Shown: one piece after another, positions 37,388-51,276 of the stretch
Position numbering within the stretch: position 1 is the first letter of the stretch
How the letters are laid out: every line of letters begins with the position of its first letter
DNA from: Octopus sinensis
Taxonomy: Eukaryota
Assembly (NCBI RefSeq): GCF_006345805.1
Contig: NC_043020.1
Coordinates: forward strand, 29,140,001-29,204,000
DNA length: 64,000 bases
Direction: 5' to 3'
The notes under the pieces: model-generated
Databases searched by the model: none
What the model was told of the DNA's origin: nothing
The model's input: the letters and a program-made list of their open reading frames with translations, nothing else
Position numbers and translations under genes: made by a program

Positions 37388-37829
37388 ATGTGTGTGTGTA
37401 TGTATGATGTATGTATGTAGTATGTATGTATGTATGTAATATGTGTGTTGTGTGTGTATGTGTGTAGTATGTATGTATGTATGATGTATGTATGTATGTA
37501 TGTATGTATGTATGTATGTATATGTGTGTATGTGTGTGTGTATGTATGTATGTATGTATGTATGTATGTATGTATGTATGTATATGTGTGTATGTGTGTG
37601 TATGTGTGTATGTATGTATGTGTGTATGTATGTATGTATGTATGTATGTATGTATGTATGTATGTGTGTATGTCAGGTTTATATCCGTCTTTCTTGCACT
37701 TTGTTTCCTTGTATGCCTGTATGTTTGTGTGTACGAATGTGCGCGTACGTGCGTGCGTGCGCGCGCGTGTGTGTGTGTGTGTGGTGGTGTGTGTGTACAT
37801 GTGTGTGTGCGCGTGTGTGTGTGCGTGTT

Positions 37830-37870
<41 letters not shown>

Positions 37871-38038
37871 ATGTGTGTGTGCGCGTGTGTGTGTGCGTGT
37901 TTGCGTGTGTGTGTGTGTGTGTGGTGTGTGTGTGTACATGTGTGTGTGTGCGCGTGTGTGTGTGTGCGTGCGTGCGCGCGTGTGTGTGTGTGTGTGTGTG
38001 TGTGTACATGTGTGTGTGCGCGTGTGTGTGTGCGTGTT

Positions 38039-38111
<73 letters not shown>

Positions 38112-38140
38112 ACGTGTGTGTACGTGTGTGTGTGTGAAAA
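36630..38140. repeat. About 1.5-kb compound (TA)/(TGTA)/(TG) microsatellite
   Basis: Direct inspection; distal 400 bp is near-pure alternating purine-pyrimidine. Confidence 0.97.
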
Positions 38141-38517
38141 AGACACTGAGTTTGTATGGCCAGTGTTTCCAGGCTGTTTTGATTTCGCTATCTTGTTTGG
38201 CGAGGTTTAATGAGTAAATAACGACAAAAGGAATAAAAACACAGAGGCATTAAAACCCGTTGAGAGCTGATTTACCGGTTGGATAGACGGCAGCTTAAGT
38301 TTGAACAAACACCAACGACAGAACAAGTGTTGGGACAATCTTTGACTCCGATACTACACAGATGAACAATAGGTTTTTATTAGCACGTATACACTGCCGT
38401 TTAATAATAGAGACGATTATTTGACCTCTCACAACACTCTGCACGTTTCTGCCATTTGTTTTTTCAAGCCAGGTCGGCCAATAGAGCAGCCGTACTTCTT
38501 TTCTAGCCGCGGACATC

Positions 38518-38752
38518 ACCTATTTCTTTATTACCCACAAGGGGCTAAACACAGAGGGGACAAACAAGGACAGACAAACGGAATAAATGGATTACATCGA
38601 CCCCAGTGCGTAACTGGTACTTAATTTATCGACCCCGAAAGGATGAAAGGCAAAGTCGACCTCGGCGGAATTTGAACTCAGAACGTAACGGCAGACGAAA
38701 TACGGCTACGCATTTCGCCCGGCGCGCTAACCACTCTGCCAACTCACCGCCT
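38518..38752 (-). mobile_element. Intact family B SINE with 14-bp target-site duplication
   Basis: tagccgcggacatc at 38504-38517 and 38753-38766. Confidence 0.92.
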
Positions 38753-39039
38753 TAGCCGCGGACATCCCCGTCCTCTGAGTTTCGTTCCTCGTCCAGGGTT
38801 TGGACGTGTAAGATTGGAGTTCAGCTGGTACATCGGTAACAGTACCGGTGAGCCCTGTAGGGGCCACTCATTAACCGGAAGAAGAAGAAAAGAGAAACTC
38901 TTAGTTCCTTCCGCAATTAAATTTTGAGAAGCCTTTTCTCTAACATTGGGGCTCGAAAAGCAGTCTTGTTCCGTTTCCTAAAATTTCTCTTGGAGGCCTT
39001 GTCTATGATAACACTAATCTACAGATCAGCCGATCAAAG

Positions 39040-39087
39040 CCTTTTGAGTGGATTTGGTAGGCGGAAACCGAAAGAAGCCCGTCATAC

Positions 39088-39183
<96 letters not shown>

Positions 39184-39410
39184 TGTATGTATGTATGTAT
39201 ATATACGTATGACGTATATATGTGTGTTTTTTCTCTCTCTCTCTCTCTATCTGTCTTTGTGCCTCACCCCACTGCTTGACAACCGGTGTTGGTATGTTAG
39301 CGTCCGCGTAACTTAGCGGTTCAGCAAAGAGACCGATAAAATAAGTACCATGCCTTAAAAAATAAATAATAGGTCGATGTATTCGATTAAAAAATTCAAG
39401 CATGCCCTGG
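39040..39410 (+). mobile_element. Partial family A SINE with expanded internal microsatellite
   Basis: Core gccttttgagtggatttggtaggcggaaac. Confidence 0.75.
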
Positions 39411-39414
39411 AGCA

Positions 39415-40884
39415 CAGGGCATGCTTAACTCGCCACAGAGGGGTTATGGCCGAAGGTGAACAGTAGAACGCGTCCTTTCCACAATAAATTGAATGGCAGG
39501 CGTTCCAATCTGATCGGGTAATGGTTGGACCTAGGTACGATGGTCAAGCGGTAAGCAATAACGGAGATGAGTAGGCATTCGCCATCTCGACTGACCTTTC
39601 AGAGACAACACCCTCTCGCTCAATTTCTAGGTAATGCTAGCAACCCTGTTCGTTACCTCGTCCCAATATCGTTCCATTTGGAGGTCGGGACCGAACCATC
39701 CCCGTCCGGCCCCGCTAGCTGTTTAAGCTCCTTTGGTCAACGTCTTACATCGTCAAACAGCATAAATATGAATTGATTCTCCATGCACCGAGCTGCAAAC
39801 CCACCAAGTTGTCCGGGTTGACGTTGACACCTGTCACCGATTCATATTCCTTTATAATTGTGCCGACCTTTTGATGACCCACTGTGGTTGTTCCATACCC
39901 ACACTGGCACATCAAAGAAATTCAATCAACACCCTTTGAACTTCTGAATAGGTATTCAAGTCTTTTACTCTCCCTTCTCCTCCGAGTTACTTCAAGGCTT
40001 TTGCTCCCCCTTCTCCTCCAAGCTACTTCCATTTAAGTCCTTCTGTGCGTTTAAAACACAGTTTCATTCTTTCACTAGAAATCGTAAAACTCAGCCTCGG
40101 GGGGGGGGGCTTCCTTCTGGTACGTTTTGCGAATGTTAGACGAAATTGGCAAGAATGGGTAAGGTTGAATGGCGCACCCTGAGTGTGAGTTCCTAAGTAG
40201 GCGGAACGAAGCTGTGAGATGGCATGTTTTATGCCTTAGATATGGTAGAGTAATACGGTTTCGTCGGTTTTGGTGCATTTCGGACAGGTTTGGCTGCTGG
40301 TACTTTCGTGCCTGTAAAACTTGTCACCAACAGGTGATGCCTTGCTGCAGCATTACCATGCCAAGAACTTTTGGAAGTTGCCCATAGTCTCCGATTTGGA
40401 AGTCCTCCAGAAGAGATCACTCAGATTGTTCTCGTTGAGGCTTAGAGTCACGCTGAGACCATCGTCGCTCATGCCCTCAACTAAGCCCTTGCAGCGATCT
40501 AGAGATGTTTCCCCGACGACGGTTTTGTCCAGCTCAGGAGAGTTCCGAATACCTGGCAGCATTCTAAATGCCAAACGCCCAATCTCGGTCTACGCTTGAC
40601 CTATGATTGCAGCTCGGTCAGAAAGGCGAGGTACGGAAAGAAGTGTCGCAAGGCTCCATCGACACTCCGCCTTCAATTTCGCAACCACGCTGCTCCAGAT
40701 ATTTCTACAGGTGCGCAAGCCTTAACGTGTACATACACATCAAGTACTGCATCTTTAGACTCCCATGGAGTTGGTGTTAGTAACAGATGGACATTTTCTG
40801 TCTTCAGACTTTTCAACTTCGTCCAACACAGCCTCCACCACACAACTTCTTTTGCTGTGGCCACCAGATAAGGGTATCTGCCTT
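39415..40884 (-). mobile_element. Degenerate Tx1/L1-like LINE 3' region
   Basis: KEYESVTGVNVNP..VGLQLGAWR, LSDLFWRT..GNFQKFLAW and ATAKEVVWW fragments; interrupted at about 39890-40100. Confidence 0.65.
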
Positions 40885-41001
40885 TTCTGTCCGGTTAAAG
40901 GAGAGCGGTGGGGCAACCATCATAATGAATCAGTTGATGATAGCTGGATCCGTTCAGCACGCGGCAGGTAGCTATTGACATCACTCAGAAATACTCTAGA
41001 T

Positions 41002-41202
41002 CAGTGGTTTTCAACCAGGGTTCCGCCAATACAGTCCAGCGGTTCCGCAAGAAGTTACAAAACTGCTAAAATCGGCAGTAATTTTTAATTCTCCTGTGCA
41101 GATATGTGTGCATAAGACTATTAAATTATTGCACAGGGGTTCCTCGAGCCAGTGGAATGTTTCCTTGGGGTTCCGCTCCAGCAAAAAGTTTGAAAAGCAC
41201 TG
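41002..41202. mobile_element. hAT (Charlie-type) MITE with 8-bp TSD
   Basis: TIRs cagtggttttcaacc / gtttgaaaagcactg; TSD ctctagat (NTCTAGAN) on both sides. Confidence 0.92.
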
Positions 41203-42570
41203 CTCTAGATGATGATCGAACGACGTGCAGTGATGGTTACTTTGGGAGCGTTGGGTCCCCCCTTGTCTCTTGTCAGAGTATCTGTCTAGGAGAGGGATAC
41301 TCTGATGCAAACCGGAACTATGCAGCTTCAGATATCCACTTTGCAAACACGTGTATAACTTTTATGAACAAAGACCGTGAGAATATCTCGCAAAAAGACC
41401 GAAACAATGCCGAGACGTAAACGCAGAGACACAAACCGCAGCACGTTTAATGGAAATATATCAACATCTCTGCATCCACCCCACTCCGGAAAAAAATATC
41501 CAAATTAATTTTAGATACTCTTTGTACAATCACGAATGACCTTTCGTGGGGATTATTTGCAAAATGCCAAGCTTGTAGTCTAAGAGGTTGGTTTTCTTTT
41601 CGGGACCAGAAAATACCTTTAACAGTCTGAGCAATTGCGGGCCTTCTGCAAGATAGACGTATCCTGCGCGCATACCTGGGTCGGTGGAGGCGCTACGGAC
41701 AGAAACTACAAATATCCACCCGACTTACGGACGAACATTTGCACTGATATACCTGACATACCCGATACACACTAATCATTACTACAGTGGTCCCTGCCCA
41801 TTCTCTGTCCACACCATTCTCATTATCGTCTGTCTTTATGTTCTGAGTTCAAATTCCGCCGAGGTCGACTTTGTCTTTCATCCTTTCGTGGTCGATAAAT
41901 TAAGTACCAGTTGCGTACTGGGGTCGATCTAATCGACTGGCTCCCTCCCCCAAAATTTCAGGTTTTGTGCCTAGAGTAGACAGGATTATTTATTCTATAT
42001 TTATACTATGCTATCTTGCACGCATCACTTTCAACGCATTTGTAGAGGTTCGTATCACCCATGTTACTCTTTTTAAACAAACTAGCAGTATCGCCCGGCG
42101 TTGCTCGAGTTTGTTTCGACCCTTTAGAATTGGAATTTTTGAAAAGTAAAAATTTTGCATTATATAGCTTGTTATTCTCTTTAAGTGAACATTTTTCTGG
42201 TTGAAATACACCGAAAATTGGCGACACAGCAGTAAAAAAATTGTAAAAAATAGGGATTTTCATAGAAAAAAAAAGCACCTTTTTGATGAAAATAATTTTT
42301 GGTGTTAACATGATCCGATTTGAATTTTATCTTCTACGGAATGAAGAGCAAGCCTTCTTCTCTCATACTCTCAATTTTGGTCAACTTGCGCCGCAGGGTC
42401 TCGGAGGAGATAGTGTTAGTTGAAGTCTACCAAACCTGCCATACACAGACAACTTCTGTCCGGTTAAAGGAGAGCGGTGGGGCAACCATCATAATGAATC
42501 AGTTGATGATAGCTGGATCCGTTCAGCACGCGGCAGGTAGCTATTGACATCACTCAGAAATACTCTAGAT

Positions 42571-42777
42571 CAGTGGTTTTCAACCAGGGTTCCTCGGAAC
42601 CTTAGGGTTCCGCCAGTACAGTCCAGGGGTTCCGCAAGAAGTTACAAAACTGCTAAAATCGGAAGTAATTTTTAATTCTCCTGTGCATAAGACTATTAAA
42701 TTATTGCACAGGGGTTCCTCGAGCCAGTGGAATGTTTCCTTGGGGTTCCGCTCCAGCAAAAAGTTTGAAAAGCACTG
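42571..42777. mobile_element. hAT MITE, duplicated copy
   Basis: Same TIRs and ctctagat TSD; part of the tandem duplication. Confidence 0.92.
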
Positions 42778-43681
42778 CTCTAGATGATGATCGAACGACG
42801 TGCAGTGATGGTTACTTTGGGAGCGTTGGGTCCCCCCTTGTCTCTTGTCAGAGTATCTGTCTAGGAGAGGGATACTCTGATGCAAACCGGAACTATGCAG
42901 CTTCAGATATCCACTTTGCAAACACGTGTATAACTTTTATGAACAAAGACCGTGAGAATATCTCGCAAAAAGACCGAAACAATGCCGAGACGTAAACGCA
43001 GAGACACAAACCGCAGCACGTTTAATGGAAATATATCAACATCTCTGCATCCACCCCACTCCGGAAAAAAATATCCAAATTAATTTTAGATACTCTTTGT
43101 ACAATCACGAATGACCTTTCGTGGGATTATTTGCAAAATGCCAAGCTTGTAGTCTAAGAGGTTGGTTTTCTTTCGGGACCAGAAAATACCTTTAACAGTC
43201 TGAGCAATTGCGGGCCTTCAAGATAGACGTATCCTGCGCGCATACCTGGGTCGGTGGAGGCGCTACGGACAGCAACTACAAATATCCACCCGACTTACGG
43301 ACGAACATTTGCACTGATATACCTGACATACCCGATACACACTAATCATTACTACAGTGGTCCCTGCCTATTCTCTGTCCACACCATTCTCATTTCGTCT
43401 GTCTTTATGTTCTGAGTTCAAATTCCGCCGAGGTCGACTTTGCCTTTCATCCTTGCGAGGTCGATAAATTAAGTACCAGTTGCGTACTGGGGTCGATCTA
43501 ATCGACTGGCTCCCTCTCCCCAATTTCGCCCCTAAAGAAAGGATTATATACCTATATTTGCTATCTTGCACTATGAGTAGAAAGGATTATATACTCTATA
43601 TTTATAATATGCTATCTTGCACGCATCACTTTCAACGCATTTGTAGAGATTCGTATCACCCATGTTACTCTTTTTAAACAA

Positions 43682-44080
43682 ACTAGCAGTATCGCCCGGC
43701 GTTGCTCGGGTTTGTTTCGACCCTTTAGAATTGGAATTTTTGAAAAGTAAAAATTTTGCATTATGTAGCTTGTTATTCTCTTTAAGTGAACATTTTTCTG
43801 GTTGAAATACACCGAAAAATGGCGACACAGCAGTCAAAAAATCGTAAAAAATAGGGATTTTCATAGAAAAAAAAAAGTACCTTTTTGGTGTAAATAATTT
43901 TTGGTGTAAACATGGTCCGCTTTGAATTTTTTCTGCTACGGAAGGAAGAGCAAGCCTTCTTCTATCATACTCTCAATTTTGGTCAACTTGCGCCGCAGGG
44001 TCTCGGAGGAGATAGTGTTAGTTGAAGGCTACCAAACCTGCCACACACAGACAACTTCAGCTTTATATAGAGAGAGAGAT
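43682..44080. mobile_element. Non-autonomous Helitron/Helentron-type element (truncated copy at 42082-42456)
   Basis: actagcagtatcgcccggcgttgctcggg start with subterminal hairpin; acacacagacaacttcagctttatatag end, resembling DINE-1/HINE organisation. Confidence 0.5.
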
Positions 44081-44433
44081 TACTAAAGAAGAGGACTTAT
44101 AAAATGGAATTATTTTGGACTTTGGCGGATAATCAGACAAGTTTCTATTCACTGATAGCACGATGTCCTACTTAGATTCTAATTACAACAATTTTTTTTT
44201 TTGAAAATGTGTTTAGAATATATTTTACCTGTCTTAAATATTTTATTTCTAAGAAAAATCACCCTCCCCTAAATGCTTAGCGTACCCTACACCTTCCGTG
44301 ACATTTCTCATTCCCTAAAGGAGCACTACGAACAATCATAGAATGACAAACCTGAGCCTGCTACCTATGATTCTCTCTCCCTCTCTTTCCCTCTCCTTTC
44401 CCCCCTCTCTCTCTCTCTATATATATATATATA

Positions 44434-44560
44434 ATCTCTGAAGAGGCCTTCGGATATATATGTAAGTATCTCATTTATAACTACATATTACCTTAACACA
44501 CCTGGCTAATATGAGCATAATGAGATACTCATATCTACATGGCTGAAACAGCTGTAAGAT
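44434..44560 (+). ncRNA. Minimal (dimer-type) hammerhead ribozyme motif in a Penelope-like LTR
   Basis: AUCU-CUGAAGA-GGCC..(about 100-nt stem II)..GGCU-GAAA-CAGCUG-UA/AGAU; palindromic loopless stem III. Confidence 0.7.
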
Positions 44561-44859
44561 CTAGTTTATATTTATATTTATATTTATTTATATTTATTTA
44601 TACGTATTGTACTTATTGTATTATATTACTGATTGGTGTGCACTGTTTTGTTCTGTATTATTGTGTTTGATCTTGATGTTCCTATGTAGTTGGTTAATAA
44701 TTATGTGAATGGGTTTATCTGGTAGTTGATTATTGATTAAAGTGTATTCCTCCATTTTCTTATTTTCCCTCTCTCTCTCTCCTCCTCTCTCTCTCTATCT
44801 ATATATATTATATATATATATATATATAATATATATATATATACTATCTCCAACACCTC

Positions 44860-45790
44860 TGTCTCCTTCCTCGACATTTCGGTTAGCATTCGTCACTCCA
44901 CTCTTACCACCTCCATTCACTACAAACACACAGACTCAAACTCATACCTCAACTTCTCTTCCTCCCACCCAGAACACACCAAGCTTTCCATCCCCTATTC
45001 CCAATTCCTCCGTCTACGTAGGCTCTGTAGTGACGACCATGACTTTGAGACTCAGTCTCAACGTATGGCTCACCACTTCACCCTACGTGGATACTCCCTC
45101 ACCACTATCCACACCGCCCTTGCCAGAGCACGGTCCGTGGACCGTGTATCTGCTCTCTCTCCCCGAACCCGCCCTGTAGTCTCCCGCCTCCCTTTTCCCC
45201 TCACTTACCACCCACGACCCTACGTCTCCAACGCACCATTCTCCGAGCTTTCCGTCATCTCCAGTCCGTCCACCGTCCACTTCACACCTCTTCCCTAACC
45301 GACCCCTCCCCTCTTTCAAACGAGCCCACAACCTTCGAGACCTTTTGGTCCATAGCTCCTTCCCTGACCCTACCTCCCAACCCGGCTCGTTCCCCTGCTC
45401 CCGCCCACGTTGCCGCCTTGCCCTTACCTCTCCAACACCACCCCCCCTCACTAGCACCCACCATCGACCCTATCCCATCATCCACTCCTTCACCTGCACC
45501 TCCAGCAATATTATCTATTGCGTCTCTTGCTCTCTCTCTGCAATTCCTTGTACATCGGACAAACGGACGCCGCTTGGCTGACCGGTTTCGCGGAACACCT
45601 TCGTGACATCCACCTTGCGAACGACACACCGGTCTCACGCCAGTTCCGCTCCACCGGTCACTCCTTGCAACACCTATCTGTGTTCGGTTTGTCCTTACAC
45701 AGAGGCCATCCGGAGTCCCGTTTGCGCCGTGAACAGGAATTAATCTTCTCCCTTCGCTCTTATACGCCATTTGGTCTCAACTCTCCCCCC
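44860..45790 (+). mobile_element. Penelope-like element: RT C-terminus plus GIY-YIG endonuclease (frameshifted)
   Basis: HYKHTDSNSYLNFSSSHP..IPYSQFLRLRRLCS; FTCTSSNIIYCVSCSLCNSLYIGQT..EHLRDI..REQELIFSLRSYTPFGLN. Confidence 0.9.
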
Positions 45791-46339
45791 CTCCTCACCT
45801 ATCCTTCCCCCCGACCCCTACTTCTTCAGTCCTTCATCCTTTCACCCCTACTCCCCTTCCCTTCTTCCCTCTTTCTCCCTCCCTCCTTCCCTCTTCCCTC
45901 TGCTCCCTCACTCCCCTTCTTTCCCCCCCCTCTTTCCTCTTCCTCCCCTCCTCCTCCCCCTCCATCCCCTCCCTCCCCCTCCTCTCCCCTCTTCCTCCCC
46001 TCCCCTTCTCTCCCCCCTCTTCCTCCCCTTCTTCCCCCCCTCCTCTTCCCCCCCTCTTCTCCTCACTACACCACACGACTTTACACACATCACATCATAT
46101 ATGATGTGCCATACTAATACATACACCAACTAATACATACTAATACGTACTAATACATACTAATACATACTAATACATACACCACCACCCCATACATACG
46201 CTGTCCAGACCTATCCTAGGGTCATTCAACCCTATTATCACCCTATTATCTCCCCTTATTTCGCTCTCGCGTCTCATGTTTGATCTTTGACCTCTGGCCG
46301 AAATCAGATCGCCATGATTCGTTAGCTACTGCAAGCATT

Positions 46340-46520
46340 TTTTTCTCTCCTTCTTTCTGTGTTTTTTTTTTCTCTCTGTGTATCTTTCTGTTGAAGAGCG
46401 TAGCTCGAAACGTTAAAGACTTGTTTTTTTTATATTCCTGAGCGCCATACTAATACAATTGTTTGTTTGTTTTCCACCTGCCTTCGTCTTTTGTCTATTT
46501 TCATAAAGCTTCCCGTTATA
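46340..46520 (+). mobile_element. Penelope-type pLTR with hammerhead-like motif
   Basis: tctttctgttgaagagcgtagctcgaaacgttaaaga downstream of the GIY-YIG ORF; homologous to 6050-6200. Confidence 0.6.
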
Positions 46521-47394
46521 TATATATATATAATATCTATATATATATAATACTACATACCAATAACACATATATATATATATATATTATATACATGTGC
46601 GTGTATAGATACGCACACGAACATACACATATATAGATATATTAATCTACATATGTCGTGGTTGTGTATATAAGGGGCCTAATGCATTCCTGTACCCGAA
46701 GGCCTATAATGATATTAATATGACTTTGATAAAGAGGTAGAAAATGTCTACCCGACTAAAATATAAACAATCACGCTAATTCAATGGCAAGGGTTCTCAG
46801 CACCCCGAATGATGGGCACTTTTGATTTACTCCCCTCTTTAGTTAACAGTAGTGATGTAACTAGATTTTGTGCTGCCAGGGACCTCCGTTGAGTTTGCGT
46901 CCCCCACGGGCCAATGCACCCTATACAGGGTTACACAGCAGATCCAAGAGTGCGAAAAAGTTGTTTGATTTCTTGGTTATTTGTCTCAATTGGGGATGGG
47001 AACGGTTTAAGGGGCGGTAGATGGGGTCGGATTGGCGCCAAAATTTATACTGGGGGTAAAATGGGGCGGGCAATGGTGTGAGGAGGGTTGCAAGTCGCTC
47101 GGAACTACTGTTTGGTTGCCATGGTGAGGAATATGGGGAAAATTGAGTTTTATGGGATAGACAGGTTGCGCTGTTTGAATGATGGTGGCTTTTCGTGTTG
47201 CTGCAGGGGCTAAGGGCGGTTATCTTTAATTCTGGGTGTAAAAATTTGGGGGATTTTGGAAAGCGGGGTAAAGAAGAGGGCAATAAAAAGAACCAGGCAA
47301 AGAAAACGAACAAAAGAAGAAAGGGAAAAGGAGACAACAAGCACAAAATAACACCACCACCAAAACCCGAGCGAAGTAGGGGTCAAAACAGCTA

Positions 47395-47454
<60 letters not shown>

Positions 47455-47674
47455 GAAAAGGGCGGACGTTGTCTCACAGGCAGTTGTGCAGGCCAAAATA
47501 AATGTGGTCGGATTGCCTGGACCTGAAAATGTACACACCTCTGTTTAAAGGGCTGGGGAGTTTGCATGGTAACTTTGAGGTTACTCCATTGAAAGGCGTG
47601 GCCCTCTAGGGCAAAATTCCTCATCTTTAAAATGAGGCCCGAGGAGACCCGAATGAAATCGGGTTACAATACTA

Positions 47675-47712
<38 letters not shown>

Positions 47713-47722
47713 TATATATATA

Positions 47723-47767
<45 letters not shown>

Positions 47768-48076
47768 ATATATATATTATATATATGTATTTATATAATA
47801 TGTATATACATGTATATATATATGCATTCATACAAACACATATATACAGATATAGATACTACATACATACATACATGCATACGTACATACCTACACATCA
47901 TACATACATACACACACCACACACATACATACATACATACAAATAATACATACATACATACATACATACATACAATACATACCTCATCTTTAAAATGGGC
48001 CCGAGGAGACCCGAATGAAATCGGGTTACAATACTAGTATATATTATATATATAATATATATATGTATACATATAC

Positions 48077-48195
<119 letters not shown>

Positions 48196-48321
48196 TTATA
48201 TATAATGTATATACATGTATATATATATGCATTCATACAACACATATATACAGATATAGATACATACATACATACATACATACATACATACATACATACA
48301 TGCATACGTACATACCTACAT

Positions 48322-48354
<33 letters not shown>

Positions 48355-49103
48355 TACATACATACATACATACATACATACATACATACATACATACATA
48401 CATACATACATACATACATACATACACACACACACATACATACATACATACTACATACATACATACATACATACATACATACATACATACATACATACAT
48501 ACATACATACGTATGTACGTACATACATAAAATACCTGTATTTTATTCATGTAATCAGCTTTTATGTCCTGATCATAAAATCTCTCTCATCTGCCAAATA
48601 TAACGAGTAAAATCAATTCTGACTTAACCAACAACACGTTTAACTTCTTCGATGTCCGATGGAGAAAGCTAGGTCAGACACGTGTGGGGAAACTCTATCT
48701 TCTCAGCCGTGCGAACTTCCATTGTAATGCCTTTATCAACAAAGTATTTATAAACTAAAAGCGATATTATGCATTTCTTTGTCTGTTTTTCCTTTTTGTA
48801 ACTAAACCCGTAATTGGGGCCGGGGTGATGCAGATGTGGTGGGGCTTATACTCAACTCAGGTGACAGTTCACGTGAGGTGTATTTACCTTTTCATTTAGT
48901 AATATATTTAAAGAATATCCATTTATAGACTTGTGGTGTAAATGGTAAGGGTGGGGAGTTCTTCTGTGCATGTGTTACCCTCGTTAGGTGCACGGATTTG
49001 CACTTTGGGCGGGCGTCCGCTTTGATTTATTCGTTTATTCACGTGTCTATGCGTGAAGGAATCTGCATAAGCGCGCCAACAAAACTTACCTCATATATAC
49101 CTC

Positions 49104-49182
<79 letters not shown>

Positions 49183-49644
49183 GTATATATGAGGTAGGTA
49201 TGTATGTATGTATGTATGTATAGTGTATGGTTGATGAGTTCAGCAAAAATTTAGATTCAGAAGAATATGGTACCTAAGTTGAGGCACCAGAATTTAGTAC
49301 GGTATTATCCATACAATTTCAAAGTAAGGTGATTAAAATCAAAATAAGCAACGAGGATATCCAGAGGTAATGCAGTACGATCGTTTCATGCAACTCCATT
49401 TAATTGAAAAATGCAATCATTGCATCAATTTAAAATGCAGAGCAATCCTCAGCTGCACAAAAACATAGAATTTAATTAAATTAGAACAGATGGACACATT
49501 AGTATAATTTTACCTAAAATCTCCAAGAAGTTAAGGAGATAGACAAATAACATGCTGTCCCACTCCAGTTTAGAAGTTACTGAATTTTCAAGAAGATATA
49601 CATTGTTACAGACTTTTCCTGTCACTATATATAATATATATATG

Positions 49645-49696
<52 letters not shown>

Positions 49697-49702
<6 letters not shown>

Positions 49703-50918
49703 TGGCAACTAAGTTCCCACCGTTTTTTAAATTTAGTAATTTATTGCGTTTTTAAATAGTGGAATCTATGTTTTTTTCGAGAATTCTATTTTTGAACCAT
49801 TGTGGTCTTCACTTTTTTTTTTTAGTAAACTTTAGTTAATTTTTTTTTTAATTTTCAGATCATTAAAATGGAATGTCACGTTAAGAAAAACGAGCATTTT
49901 CGACACCTTCTTCTTTTTGCTTTTAATCAAGGTTCTAATGCCGCAAAAACTACTGGCGACATTTGTGCTGTGTATGGATAGAGTGCCATAGCTGAAAAAA
50001 CTGCACGTGATTAGTATGCTAAATTCAAAAATGGAAATTTTACCTCAAAGACGCACCTTATTCTGGCCGTTCAGTTGAGTTCGATGAATAGTGATTAAAC
50101 CAATTTATGCACGAAAATTTTCGTCAAACGATAAGGAACTGGCAGAGAAAATGGAATGCTCCCACACTGTTATAGAGAAGAAGCATCACTCGATGGGAAA
50201 AGTTCAGAAGTATGGAGCATGGGTTCCGCAGGGTTTAAGTGACAACAACAAAAATCAACGAGCCACAATCTCCGCTGATTTGCTTGCCCGTCACCGCTCA
50301 ACTCATGGACACAAGCAACGGTTTCTTTACTGAATCGTTCTTGGCGACGAAGAATGGTGCCTGTACATCAATATGAAGCAGAGTAAGGAATGGCATAGCC
50401 TCGGTAAACAAGCGACACCGCGCGTGAAGCAAGATCTTCATCCGCGTAAAACGATGTTGTGCGTATGGTGGGACTGGGAAGGGATTATCCATTACGAATT
50501 GCTTGAACGGAACCAAACGATTAGAGAAAAGACCTAATCGGCAGCATGGAGTTCTTCTGCTGCACGGCAATGCCCGCCCTCATATCGCCAATATGACCAG
50601 GGAAGCCATTCAAACACATGGCTGGGAAGTGCTGCCACACCCGCCGTACTCTCCTGATTTGGCACCAACGGATTTCCACCTCTTTCGATTTCTTTCAAAT
50701 ACTTTGCTCGGAGTTTCGTTCAATACTGATGCAGAATTGAGAGCTTGGTTGGATCAATCGGGGGATTTCTACCAACAAGGTATTGAAAATCTTGTCGAAC
50801 GTTGGGAAGAAGTTGTAAACAACAAGGGTGAATACATTATTGATTAATTAGTTGTTATTTTTCATTAAACCTTCAAAAAATTTTAATTTAAAAAGCGGCT
50901 GGAACTTAGTTGCCAACT

Positions 50919-50920
<2 letters not shown>
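49697..50920 (+). mobile_element. Near-complete decayed mariner element
   Basis: TIRs gttggcaactaagttcc / ggaacttagttgccaac; MECHVKKNEHFRH start at 49868; GDEEW, HGNARPH, YSPDLAPTDFHLF, KGEYIID*; stops and frameshifts. Confidence 0.92.
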
Positions 50921-50944
<24 letters not shown>

Positions 50945-50991
<47 letters not shown>

Positions 50992-51240
50992 CATACATAC
51001 ATACATACATACATACATACATACATACATGCATGCATGCATACATACATACATGCAAGCATACATACATACATACATACATACATACATGCATGCATGC
51101 ATGCATACATACATACATGCATACATACATAATACATACATACATACATACATACATACATACATACATGCATGCATGCATACATACATATATACATACA
51201 TACATACATACATACATACATACATACATACATACATACA

Positions 51241-51275
<35 letters not shown>
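50945..51275. repeat. (TA)/(CATA)/(CATG) microsatellite
   Basis: Direct inspection. Confidence 0.95.

Positions 51276-51276
<1 letters not shown>

Larger units (their letters stand above)
40885..44058. repeat. Tandem duplication, about 1.57-1.6 kb x2
   Basis: ttctgtccggttaaagg at 40885 and 42454; both units end at acacagacaacttc. Confidence 0.92.

Noticed and set aside
37735-38135. Long alternating purine-pyrimidine tract (Z-DNA potential)
   Set aside because: Expected property of the abundant (TG)n microsatellites; no locus-specific evidence.
36521-38217. Long ORFs (up to 358 aa) of YI/CVCM/HT repeats, and similar ones at 6133-7623, 48015-48603, 50848-51352, 52946-53656 and 55274-56841
   Set aside because: Translations of microsatellites that lack stop codons in some frames; no protein signal.
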